From assembly GCF_963921235.1 (NCBI RefSeq), contig NC_086109.1:27096001-27160000 (forward strand): 64,000 nt of DNA, given 5' to 3'. Shown one piece after another: positions 52,143 to 64,000 of the stretch (positions within the stretch are counted from its first letter, which is position 1; each line of letters begins with the position of its first letter). Origin of the DNA: Mobula hypostoma. Taxonomy: Eukaryota. Below the pieces are notes generated by a model. The model worked only from the letters and a program-made list of their open reading frames with translations, was not told where the DNA came from and searched no databases. A program made the translations under genes and the position numbers.

Positions 52143-52600
52143 TGGTTGTTCATGTATCTGATGATCAGAAACTTGTGCAAGAGAGTTTTTAAAGTGGAAA
52201 AGTTGTTGCACTGAGGCAGTTCCTCTCTCTTGACCTTGGAAGTCTAGGTCCAGTGGTAGAAGTAGTTATCACAACCGGGGGTGCAGTGGACGATCATAAC
52301 TTCTTCTGTGCTTAGTCATGCCCTTTGCTTTCTACAAAGTGATGCAGAACCACCTTCCTGCCTGATGGATCTCCTGTTGATCTCATCTGCCCAGTCTGCT
52401 GGAGCTGACTAGGCATGCAAGGACAGACGTGCCCCTCTCTCACCAGGGTGTGAGGCCTGCCAGCTACCCTCACCTGGTTCAGCCTGCCTGTTGTAACAGG
52501 GTATGGCCACTGTTGCATGCAAACAGCTACTAGGAGCCACAGATGAATGGGTCTATGGGGTGTCCAAGGAGGGGTAGCAGCTCTGATGAAGGAGTCCATC
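52143..52600. mobile_element. Non-coding interspersed repeat, copy 2 of 17528-18060
   Basis: Colinear homology; preceded by (GATT)n. Confidence 0.6.
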
Positions 52601-53679
52601 CTGGTGCAGCTATCTCATCTTTGGTCACCACCAGACATTCAGCTCTCAATCTGGTATATTTAATGGGAATATAAGGGGGGGGGGAATACTATTGAGTTTG
52701 AAGAAATCAGGAGTCTGTGAGTTCAAAGGGTGAGTAGTAACTGGGGCCACAACAGGTTCCAAGAGATCTGGAGAACAGGACCCTTGGTATGTCTTAAGGT
52801 AACTTAGGAACTAACACCTAGTGATGCCAGTGGGATTTCGGAAGAGTTTCATAGCAAATTATTAGTGTTACTGCAATGGTAGAGAAAATACCACAAAGTT
52901 ACAAAGATAAATGGAAATCAAAACCTGTAGCTGCTGGAAACATGAAATAAAACCAGGAAAGGCTATAAACACTCAGGATGCCGGGTCACATCTATGAATA
53001 GAGAAATAGGGTTAATATTTCATATATAGAACCAATTTGTGTTTTCATTGCCTGAGGCAGATTCACTTATCCCTCAGCAAAAATATAGTGCTAGAGGAAC
53101 TTATTAGCTTTTTTGTGAGGTATTTAACAAAAATTCAAGAGAGAAGATTAGGAAAAGAAACTGAAAAGAAATAATCACCCTGACCCTAATAATAATAGTA
53201 CAGTACTGGTTTTGTAATTCATGCACTATTTACATAGAAGGCTACAAGAACAAAAAAGATTGAATGTCTGGTGAATGTGTCAGATCCTTGTAATCAGTTA
53301 ATCACAGCATATCTAATTTTTTGGACCTTTTCATCTGTGCCAGATGAACATTGCTAATGAGGCAGAAAATTGGCTGCACAGATTTAGTGCAATTTCAAAT
53401 TATGAAAAAGCAACACTATCGCTTCGGTCAGCAAGACAGAGTCACTTCCTTGAAGATAAATTGCAGAACAAACCTAAATATAAACCCATAAAATATTTTT
53501 AAAAATCCTTTTTTTCCCTGGAAATTTGAGACAAAAATCAGAAAATAGTGGAAATACTTAGCAGATCAGGCATTAACTTTGGAAAGGTAAAAAGGCCCTT
53601 TGTCACAATGGAGGGACTGAATAATGAGGAAGGCGAAAGAAAGGGGTGAAGCAAACTTTAGTGAGGGGGAGAACAATAG

Positions 53680-54480
53680 TTAGCTATGAATTGCATTAAA
53701 TCCCTTCTACTTGCTACTACAATGGATACTTTCCAGTGCGCTTATTGCTCAAATCAGTCCACTGACGATACCATAGCCTATGCACTCCATTCTGTACTGT
53801 CCCACCTGGAAAATGGTGCCTCATATGCCAGGATGCTGTTTGTCAACTTCAACTCAGCATTTAATATGATCATCCCTCAGATGCTGGTGGGTTACCTGTC
53901 CTCATTGGGCCTCAAAACCTTGCTCCGTAACCAACTCCTGGACTTCTTGACAGAAAGGCCACAGTCAGTCTGTGTTGGCAGACATATCTCTTGCTCTAGC
54001 ATGCTGAGCTGTGCTCCACTGGGCTGTGTGCTCAGCCCACAGCTGTTCACGCCACTGATGCATGACTGCGTTGCTCGATCCAGTTCAAAGTGAATCATCA
54101 AGGTCACTGCTGTCTCTATAGTGGTTGGCCTCATCAACAATGATGACGAGACAGTGTACAGGGAAGAGGTGAAGTGGCAATTAGAATGGTACAAGCACAA
54201 CAATGAGTCTCAACGTGGATAAGACCAAAGAGATGATTGTGGACTTTAGGAAGATGCAGGCTGATCGCTCCTCACTGCACATATATGGCTCTGCTGTAGA
54301 CAAAGTTAGGAGAATCAGGTTTCTGGGAATGTACATGAACATGAACATAGTCCCTCAAAACCACCACTTTTTAATCAAGAATGCACAGCAGTGTCTTCAG
54401 AGGAACATTATTTCATTTGGAGGTATACATGTACAGTATATGGCTGAATGACAGTAAATTAAACTTGAGCTTGAACTTGA
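53680..54480 (+). mobile_element. Rex1/Babar RT fragment
   Basis: QCAY..STDDTIAYALHSVLSHLE..YARMLFVNFNSAFNMIIP..LLDFLTERPQSV..PLGCVLSPQLF; LNVDKTKEMIVDFRK. Confidence 0.85.
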
Positions 54481-55059
54481 AAAGGGGGAGAGAGAAGCTG
54501 AAAAGGTTTTGATTTGAAATGTTAACTGCTTCTCTTTCCACACGTGCTACCTGACCTGCTGATTTCCGCCAGCATTTTGCACGTGTGGCTCTGGATCTCC
54601 AGCAGAATCTCTTGTGTTTATGACCCGCTGAATGTTTCTAGCATTTTCTATTTTTGTATTAAACTAACATTGTTTAAAACTTGATGAGGATTTATGCCCA
54701 TGAAATGATAAAAGACACTCTTCATTTAGAGCCTCTGGAGTGGTTAAAAAATTTGTGTAACTTTTCAACATAAATATGGAAAGACATGTACTGTACTGGC
54801 CATCTATCATCTGTCCTCACTGACTCAACCAAATTTCCACCCCCAAATTTGTTACATATCATATCTCAGGCAGTATCTTTAAAATCCATAGGACTGTACT
54901 GTGCCCCATCTATGCAACCTTAATCAGAGTTAGCTTCCCTCCTACACCTTCACTTCTTCATCCTCTGGCATTGGCTCCAGACATTTCATCACCCCTAGTT
55001 ATGTTTGCCCCAACATTCTAGACTCTCCTCTCTCAAGTATCCTCTCTGCTGAAGATGAC

Positions 55060-55390
55060 AAGGAGGCATTGATCATGTGATAGCCAGAGACTTTCTCCCA
55101 GAGCTGAAATGGCTAAGACAAGGGGGCATAGTTTTAAGGCACTTGGAAGGGGGATGTCAGAGGTAAGTTTTTCACACAGTGGGTGTGTGGAATTTACTGC
55201 CAGTGATGGTGGTAGAGGCGGGGACGATAGGATCTTTTAAGAGACTCTGAGACAGGTAAAATGGAGCTTGGTAAAATAGTAGGGAAATTCTAGGCAGTTT
55301 CTGGAGTAGGTTATATGGTTGGCACAATATTGTGGGCCAAAGGGCCCCTGTAATGTACTGTAGATTTCTGTTCTATGTTCTATGTTCTAT
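55060..55390 (+). mobile_element. CR1 3' end
   Basis: KTRGHSFK..VWNLLP; (TTCTATG)n tail. Confidence 0.75.
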
Positions 55391-55558
55391 CTCTTCACAA
55401 AAATTATCCTAGCACTGTCACATCGATAAATTGGTCTATTATTGTCATATGTACTGAGTTACGGTGAAAAACTTTGTTTTGCATGCCATCCATACAGATC
55501 AGTTCAGATCATAAGTATATGCTATTATTTCATTATTTTCCTAACATTTTCTATTTTG

Positions 55559-55561
55559 TCC

Positions 55562-55594
<33 letters not shown>

Positions 55595-55698
55595 TTCTCT
55601 GTCTCTCTGTCTATCTGTCTGTCTGTATCTCTCTCCCCGTCTCTCTTAGTATCTCTGTCTGTCTGTATCTCTCTCCCCCTCTGTCTCTCTCTCTCTCT

Positions 55699-55738
<40 letters not shown>

Positions 55739-55757
55739 TTCACTTCTTCTTCTTCTT
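55559..55757. repeat. Compound (CTGT)n/(CT)n microsatellite ending in the (TTC)n RTE tail
   Basis: Directly visible low-complexity tract. Confidence 0.92.
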
Positions 55758-56365
55758 TGCTTGTCCATCGAAATCGGATGACGACATCCACTCCTTTAAC
55801 GGGGAGATCTTTGGTGACTGTACAGTCCTATCCTGGACCCACAAGCTCTATTGCAGGTGGGACATGTATATGTAGTAGTGGTGGTGGTAGTGGTGGCAAC
55901 CATGGCTGGATTTCTCCTGGCTCTCTTCTGCTGTCTTCTAGCTGTTCTTTCCATCTCCAGAATGCGGTCCCTGTCCCTACACAGCTGTCGCCATGTGGTA
56001 CAGTCAGTAGCAATATCCCCCAGGTCCTCAGGTCTGATCTTGCTCTTCCTTCAAGCATTCTTCTTCTGATCCTTATAGCATTTCTTCGGCCTTCCAGCTG
56101 AGTGTTGACCATGATGTAGCTGGCTGTATAACACTCTGCAGGGTAGCCGACATGGGGGCATCCTTATCATGTGCCCCAGCCACTGCAGCTGACGCTGGGT
56201 GATCATGGCCTCAATACTTCTGCAGTTGTTTTTTTCAAGTATTTCAGTGCGAGGCCCCCGCTCACGCCAGATAATTCCCAGGATGCGCTGGAGGCAGCTT
56301 ATGTGGAAGTGCTCCAAAGACTTGATGTGACGGCTGTAGGTTACCCAAGCTTCACAGACATACAC
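55743..56365 (-). mobile_element. RTE-clade LINE 3' fragment
   Basis: CEAWVTY..LEHFHISCLQRILGIIW..RQLQWLGHMIRMP..RLPCRVLYSQL..GRPKKCYKD; PTCNRACGSRIGLYSH; (GAA)n tail. Confidence 0.88.
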
Positions 56366-57171
56366 ACACACATCCTCATGTTCACTCAGTCACATGTAAG
56401 TAGTCTGACACCTTGCTATTATCTGCACTTAGGACACATTGGTACAGAAGGTGACCTTTTCCTGTTTGTCTTGGAGATGGGATGGGAGAGTACAGGAAGT
56501 CTGACAGGTAATGACAGGATAGGTCTCAGGGGTCAGTGGTTCAACAACTTGAGTGTGTGAAGTTAGACAGAGTAGTGGTGATGGGTTTGGAGTGAAAGGT
56601 AACATCTGCGATCCAAGCTTTGTCTCCACATTGGTATTACCCAATGATTTAATATTTTTCTTATGTGTCCATTTCAATCCTTTTTTATTAGTGCACTTAA
56701 AATGTTAATGTTCTATTGAGTAAATTTTGTGTATTAACAACATTCATGCACAGTCCAAATTGATACATACATTTGCTTTTCAAGTTAAATGTAATTCAAA
56801 TCTTAAAAAAAAATCAAATTAATTTGGAAAAGTCAGTAGATATTCTGTTTTTACTTCATTGCCAGGACATGGTGAGTCTGCACTTATTTTCATTGCATTT
56901 GTATGACCAAACAATGGCAACAGTATCTACTACTGAGGTACTGATGGATATAATCTAAAATATTTACACCCGTGGAACAAAGTTTTGCATTATCTATTTA
57001 CATCCTGCAGTAAGATCTTTGATCAATTGGAGCCACTAGAAAAGCAGGCTTTATAATCAATATTCTTTTGAACATTTTCATTTCTATTCCTGCAGTCCTG
57101 CAGCAATGATGCCCTTTACGAATTATTTTATATTAACTATTGTATGTTTACACAAGGTCCCAGTGTATAAT

Positions 57172-58048
57172 GAGGATGCTAAGAGGATGCAGGGTGACTT
57201 GGATAGGTTGGGTGAGTGGGAAAATTCATGGCAGATGCAATTTAATGTGGATAAATGTGAAGTTATCCACTTTGGTGGCAAAAATAGGAAAACAGATTAT
57301 TATCTGAATGGTGGCCGATTAGGAAAAGGGGAGATGCAACGAGACCTGGGTGTCATTATATACCAGTCATTGAAAGTGGGCATGCAGGTACAGCAGGCGG
57401 TGAAAAAGGCGAATGGTATGCTGGCATTTATAGCGAGAGGATTCGAGTACAGGAGCAGGGAGGTACTACTACAGTTGTACAAGGCCTTGGTGAGACCACA
57501 CCTGGAGTATTGTGTGCAGTTTTTGTCCCCTAATCTGAGGAAAGACATCCTTGCCATAGATGGAGTACAAAGAAGGTTCACCAGATTGATTCCTGGGATG
57601 GCAGGACTTTCATATGAAGAAAGACTGGATGAACTGGGCTTGTACTCATCGGAATTTAGAAGATTGAGGGGGGATCTGATTGAAACGTCTAAAATCCTAA
57701 AGGGATTGGACAGGCTAGATGCAGGAAGATTGTTCCTGATGTTGGGGAAGTCCAGAACGAGGGGCCACAGTTTGAGGATAGAGGGGAAGCCTTTTAGGAC
57801 CGAGATTAGGAAAAACTTCTTCACACAGAGAGTGGTGAATCTGTGGAATTCTCTGCCACAGGAAACAGTTTTATTTAAGAGGGAGTTAGATATGGCCCTT
57901 GTGTCTACGGGGGTCAGGGGGTATGGAGGGAAGGCTGGGTTGGGGTTCTGAGTTGGATGATCAGCCATGATCATAATAAATGGCGGTGCAGGCTCGAAGG
58001 GCCGAATGGCCTACTCCTGCACCTATTTTCTATGTTTCTATGTTTCTA
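57172..58048 (+). mobile_element. Young 5'-truncated CR1 LINE with an open ORF2 C-terminus
   Basis: ORF 57106..57951 is stop-free from QGDLDRLGEW to FFTQRVVNLWNSLP; (TTTCTATG)n tail; possible TSD TATAAT (57166-57171 and 58047-58052). Confidence 0.95.
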
Positions 58049-58329
58049 TAATTAGTTTCTTCAGGAGTAATTAAGAAGCATTTACTGAATTCTTGTGATG
58101 ATTATTCACAACCAGCATAGCATACCTTTGCAGGGTCATTTTTGTTCTGTCTGAACTAATACAATCAAAGCAAATTATTATTGTTTTCTACCAGCATGCG
58201 GTTCCAACAGAATCTTAATTAATCAATATAAATTCAGAACATTAAGTGTTCTCAGCCATGTTAAACATTTCAGTAGGTTTGCCACACAACAAATGCAGGC
58301 ATTGGACAGTCATAGACAGGCATTTGTGT

Positions 58330-58535
58330 ATAGAGAGACAGCGAGATTGAGATGGAGACAGAAATAGAAATAGAGGGATAGAGACATACACTGTATAAAG
58401 AGACAGAGAGCGAGAGTGGAAGAGAGAGATAGAGAGAAAGAGGGATAGAGATACAGATAAATAGAGTGACACAAAGGGGGAGAGAGATAGAGAGGGGGAG
58501 ATAGATCAAGAGAAAGAGAGAGAGAGAGAGAGATG
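58330..58535. repeat. Degenerate (GA)n purine-rich microsatellite
   Basis: Directly visible. Confidence 0.85.
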
Positions 58536-58854
58536 CTTACACACAAGTGTATCAATTAAGATCCTCTGGTTAGGTTTATTCATGGGTTTGTTTGTGTGGA
58601 ATCACAACTTAATAAGATAAATGAAGATAGATAAAGCTGGGTTTTGGAACGGGCTGCCTTTAATTCCAGTTGACTTTCCAAGAAAAGCACTGGTACATCC
58701 ACAGTGACATTTAAAATGTTTATTTGCTCACTTACCTAAAACTTACAATGCATGAATTTAGAAAGATGAAGGAACTAAAGCTTTGATGGAGAGCACAAAT
58801 AAAACAAAGAAAATGGTTTCTGCTTCTATAGTCATGAGAACCTAGATAAACATT

Positions 58855-59020
58855 CACCTGCAAGAGAAAATCTGCAGATGCTGGAAATCTAAGCAGCACA
58901 CACACAAAATGCTGGAGGAACTCAGAAGGCCAGGCAGCATTGGTGGAAAAGGGGAAGCAGTCGGCATTTCAGGCCAAGACCTTTCCTCAGGACTGGAGAA
59001 AAAAGATGAGAAGTCAGAGT
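58855..59020 (-). mobile_element. Penelope-like 3' terminal fragment
   Basis: CTGCAGATGCTGGAAAT..AAATGCTGGAGGAACTCAG..GCAGCAT plus a hammerhead-like motif. Confidence 0.75.
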
Positions 59021-60284
59021 CATCTGACTTCTGCGAAAATTTACCTGCACTGCGTCGATCTCCTGATGAATAGAGCAAATTGCAGGTTCTGCCTTTTAAA
59101 CTTTAGAAAAGTATTCTTGGCAATATTCATTACTTATTCTTTGTTTTGCTCAGCAGAATTAATTTTGCATCTACATGCATGCAGGCACTTGAATATTTGG
59201 AAGTAAATACTCATCTGCATCCAAATGTAGGGTGTAACAAATTGTTATAATTCATTTATTATCTCATGTATCCATTCCAGTATCTGATTGTTTGGAATTC
59301 CCAATCGTTTGGCATCTGGTCCACTCATTAGTATCTGTATATGACCTAGTTTTTCTCACTGGGTTCTGTTTTCCACACTCCTTTTAAAATTGCCCAGGTC
59401 TTTGCTTTAAGTTTTCTTCAAACTCAAAGGATTCCATTTCCCGATTGCTTTTAATTCACCAGGTTCAGAATAAAATCTGTTACACGACTGTGAAATATGT
59501 AATAAAGAATAAAATAGAAGCATGATGGAACATTCCAGAAAAATCTGCTTGGCCAACGCAACTAAAGTTCGAGCGGTTTCAGATTGTTAGAGTTTTACTG
59601 TGTATTTCTAATTACAAATACACATAGATGACAAAAATATAGTGCATACAGGTTTGTTATTACCCAAAATGTCAGCACTGTAGAAAGGGAAACAGCTAAC
59701 AGTGAACTCAGTCTGATTTTAACCTGAGGCCATTTTCAACAGGTGAACCAGATGAGAGGAGGAAGATATTTGAACTACTTTCCTGCATATCATCTTGTTT
59801 GGGGTGTGGAGTTGACTGAAAGAAGGGAGAATATACAAGGCTTTTAATCTGCTGATTTGTGGGTTTGACACAAGGAGGTCCCACAAATGAGAAGGTTCAG
59901 CATCTGCCGAGGGGTCCTACAAGTGAGAAGGGTCAGCATCTGCTATGCTTTTCCAGTGGGGCCTGACAAGGGGATCTCGAGTGTAGAGGACATCAGGCTT
60001 CTAAGTCTCCAACAGGTACATGAGCTGAGCAATTTTGACCCTGAATTTCCCCGTTTCAACGGCAGCAGTTGTGTTAGAATCTGTTCTTTGGAACTTGTTA
60101 ATGAAACAGTAGATGCTGCAAGCACCCAGCAGGTCAGGCAGCATCAGCGGAGAGAGGAACTGAGCTAAAAGTTCCGCGTTAATGACCCTTCAACAGAACT
60201 GTGAGAAGTGAGAAGACAAGTATGATTGAACTTGCAGAGAAAGGGGGAGAAATGAACAAAATAGACAGAACATCTGTCATAGTA

Positions 60285-61670
60285 ATAACGGGTAATTTTG
60301 TATTTAATATTTCAGTAATATTTGAGTAATATTGTAAATATATTGTTTGATTAAGCATTCTTTGTTTGTTTACTGTTCGGGATGCTGACATGTCCAGAAG
60401 GAAGATATCTAGAATCAACGCCAGAGCTGTCAGTACCAGAGCCAACTTCTACGACCACCATGAAGGAGGCCCTACAACCCGAGATTGTTTCACAGACACA
60501 AGTCTCACCTGGCAAGCAGAGTGACCTCCCTGGTCAGGAAAAACTTTATGCTACAAAGTAAGAAGTCCTCCAGTGATTGAACCTTTAGGCCTGAATGGGA
60601 TAATTTAAAATTTACTATGATGTGGATGTTTATATAGTAGTTGCATTATATCGTAACTGTTCCTGCCAAAACTGGCTACTCTGATCCACTCTTTGAACTC
60701 ATTATTGGAGATCAGGAAGAAATGGCAACGGACAAAGCAGGATGAGGCGGCTTTCTGAAAGGCAAAGGAAAAGGATACTGAACTCATACGCCATGATTCA
60801 CATCATCCAGTGAAGCTTGCCCGCGATGCCTCAGCTTACGATATAGGTGCAGTCATGTCACATGCTATGTGTGGTGGAAGTGAATGCCCTATAGCCTTTG
60901 CATCATGTTCCTTTATTGCTGCAGAGAAAACTATGCATAGATTGTCAGACAGGCCTTGAGTCTGGGCTGCGATGTAAGCCTTTTCTACCAGTACTTGTAT
61001 GGGAGAGAGTTTACTCTCATTACTGATCATCAACCACTGGTGCCCAGTTTCAACCAGCAAAAGGGTATTCAACTAATAGCAGCTGCATGAATGCAGAAAT
61101 GGACTCCGTTTCTTGGAGAACACAACTACAAAATTGAACTCAACTAATCATTGAATTTTCCTATTTACCCTTGGAAAGGAAAACACTTGAAAAATTGATA
61201 AGAGAACACTCTTCTTGATGTCTTCTTCCCAATGCAAATCAAAGGAAACCAGAAGAGACCCACATTGCTTCGGGTCTAAAATGGCTGGGATGTGCAGCAG
61301 AAACTTCAGTTCCCCCATTTTTACTTGCGCTCGTGCTTGAATCTCCTCAAACCCATTCTCAGAAGGAGTATGCAGGACAAACAGATGAGACAAATTGAGG
61401 GCTCCTCAAACAAGGAGGTTGGATGTTTCACTCCTGGACAAGTAGTCCTGATGAGGGACCAAGGAGGTGATCAAAAATGGGTACTTGGTAAGATTAAGGA
61501 GAGAACTGGCTCACTCTCACACATAGTGAAGATTGCATCTGATTTCATCTGAGGACGACACATCGATTAGTTGAGGAGAGCAGAGTCACTTGTTGGAGAA
61601 GAAAAGTGTCTAGTACTGTCAGAACCATTTACTACAGTCCCAAAGTCACCTCCTACAACCACCCCAGAAC
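60285..61670 (+). mobile_element. Ty3/Gypsy LTR-retrotransposon remnant (RNase H and integrase C-terminus), rearranged
   Basis: VKLARDASAYDIGAVMSH..GSECPIAFAS, YQYLYGREFTLITDHQPLV, FTPGQVVLMRD..KWVLGKIKERTG..RHID. Confidence 0.82.
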
Positions 61671-61671
61671 C

Positions 61672-64000
61672 ATAAGACCGTAAGACAGGAACAGAATTGG
61701 GCCATTTGGCCTCTTGAGTCCACTCTTGATTCAATCATGGCTGATCCTTTTTCCCCCTCCTCAGCCCCTCTCCCTGTAACCTTTGATGCCATGACCAATC
61801 TTCGCCTTAAATACACCCAATGACCTGGCCTCCACAGCTGCCAGTGGCAATACATTCCACAAATTCACCATTCTCTTTTTACTAAAGAAGTTTCTCCGCA
61901 TCTCTGTTTTAAATGGACACCCCTCTATCCTGAGGCTGTGTCCTCTTGTCCTAGATTCCCGCAACATGGCTAACATCCTTTCCACATCTACTCTGTCTAG
62001 GCCTTCCAATATTTGAAAAGTTTCAATTAGATCTCCTCTCATCCTTCTAAATTCCTGTGAGTACAGATCCAGAACTATCAAACATTCCTCTTATGATAAT
62101 CTTTTCATTCACAGAATCCTCTGAACCCTCTCCAATGCCAGCGCATCTCTTCTTTGATAAGGAGCCCAAAACTGTTCACAGTACTCAGTGGGAGGCCTCA
62201 CCAGTGCCTTATAAAGCCTCAGCATCACATCTCTGCTCTTGTATTCTAGACCTCTTGAAATGAGTGCTAACATTGTATTTGCATTCCTTACCACTGACTC
62301 TACCTGCAAGTTAACCTTTAGGTTGTTCTGCACAAGGACTCCCAAGTCCCTTTGCAACTCAGATTTTTGGATTTTCTCCTCATTTAGAAAATAGTCTGTA
62401 CATTATTTCTACTACCAAAGTGCATGACCATGCATTTTCCAACATTGTATTTCATTTGCCACTCTCTTGCCCATTCTCCCTTCTGCAATCTACCTGTTTC
62501 CTCAATGCTACCTGCCTCCACCAATCTTCATACCATCTGCAAACATGGCAATAAAGCCATCTATTCCATCATCTAAATCATTGATATACAGCATAAAATA
62601 GTGGTCCCAACACTGACCCTGTGGGAACACCACTATTCACTGGCAACCAACCAGAAAAGAATCCTTTTATTCACACTTGCTGCCTCCTATTAATCAGCCA
62701 CTGCTCTAACCATGCCAGTAACTTTCCTGTAATACCATGGGCTCTTAACTTGGTAATCAGCTTGTCAAAGGCATTCTGAAAGTCCAAATATACAACATCC
62801 ACTGCATCCCCTTTATCTATCCTTCACAAAAGCTCCTCAAAGAATTCCAACAGGTTCGTCAGGCAAGATTTTACCTTAAAGAAACCATGCTGACTTTGTC
62901 CTATCTTGTTCTGTGTTTTCAAGTACTCCATAACCTCATCCTTGACTCCAATGTCTTCCCAACTACTGAGGTCAGGCTAACTGATCTCCTGCTGCCTTCC
63001 TTCTTTCTTAAAGAGTGAAGTGACATTTGCAATTTTCCGGTCCTCTGGTACCATGTCAGAGTCCAATAATTTTTGAAAGGTCATTACCAATGCCTTCAGA
63101 ATCACTACCGCTACCTCTTTCAGAAGCCTATGGTGTAGTTTATCTCGTCCAGGTGACTTATGTACCCTTAGGTCTTTCAGCTCTTTGAGCACCTTCCCTG
63201 TTGTAATAGTAACGGCACTCACTTCTCTTCCCTCGTACCCTTCAACATCTGACACACTGCTAGTGTCTTCCGCAGTGCAGACTGATGCAAAGTACTCATT
63301 TAGTTCACCTGCCAACTCTTTGCCCCCCTTTATTATTTCTCCAGCCTCAATTTCAAGTGGTCTTATATCCACTCTCATCTCTCTTTTATGTTTAGCATAC
63401 TTGAAAATACTTTTACCATCTACTTTGGTATTGTTTGCTAGTTTGCTTTCATATTTCATCTTTTCCCTCCTGATGATTCCTTTAGTTGCTCTTTGTAGGG
63501 TTTTAAAAGCTTCCCAATCCTCTATCTTCCCATTAATTTTTGCTTTGTTGTATGCCCTCTCTTTTGCTTTTACATTAGCTTTGACTTAACTTGTCAACCA
63601 GATTTGTACTATTTTGCCATTTGAGTATTTCTTTCTTTTACAAATATGTTTATCCTGCACCTTCCTCATTTTCCGCACAATCTCATGCCATGCTGCTCTG
63701 CTGCCATCCCTACCAGCATCTTCTTCCAATTTACTTCGGCCACTCCTCTCTCATACCACTGTAATTTCCTTTACTCCACTGAAGTACTGCTACATCAGAC
63801 TTTAATTTCTCCCTACCAAATTTCAAGTTGAACTGAATCATATTGTGATCACTGTCCCTTAAGGTTCTTTTACTTTAAGCTCCCTGATCACCTCCGGTTC
63901 ATTACAGAACATCCGATCCAGTATAGCTGATCCCTTAGTAGGCTCAATGACAAACTGCTCTAAAAAGACATCTTGTAGACATTCAACAAACTCAACAAAT
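61672..64000 (-). mobile_element. Long decayed CR1 LINE running off the window end
   Basis: Minus-strand ORFs: ELNEYFASV..KSPGRDKLH..KIANVTSLFKK, RLYKALVRP, RTRGHSLRI; CR1 tail near 61672. Confidence 0.92.

Noticed and set aside
55442..56101. 219-aa ORF and overlapping ORFs as genes
   Set aside because: They are read-through of a CT microsatellite and antisense RTE sequence.
57300..57974. 224-aa minus-strand ORF
   Set aside because: Antisense shadow of CR1 ORF2; the same peptide recurs at 647..874 and 41533..41760.
59233..59484. Short solo LTR (TGTAACA...AATAAA..TGTTACA)
   Set aside because: Has 7-bp inverted ends but no TSD and no second copy, so support is insufficient.

Overview
Eukaryotic, repeat-dense, almost entirely non-coding DNA with no intact host gene. 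The repeat mix (HER1/CR1 LINEs, HE1-like V-SINEs, a Deu-SINE, Penelope-like GIY-YIG elements, Rex1/Babar) points to a cartilaginous fish, probably a ray; this is inference. Nearly every long ORF in the track is a decayed transposon fragment, an antisense shadow of one, or a microsatellite. Also present are solo LTRs, a Gypsy remnant, Tx1, RTE and L2 LINEs, and Harbinger, hAT, Tc1 and Tigger DNA transposons, often nested. Three observations stand out. (1) A gapless 49-codon fragment of a repulsive guidance molecule/hemojuvelin (RGM) gene at 33739-33885 sits next to a locally duplicated segment and inside a Rex1 remnant. (2) An apparently intact minimal type I hammerhead ribozyme lies at the end of a Penelope-like element (45253-45290), with decayed copies elsewhere. 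(3) There are two possible microexons on the + strand. I found no convincing new multi-gene system. Most element boundaries are approximate and family assignments come from recalled motifs, not database searches.
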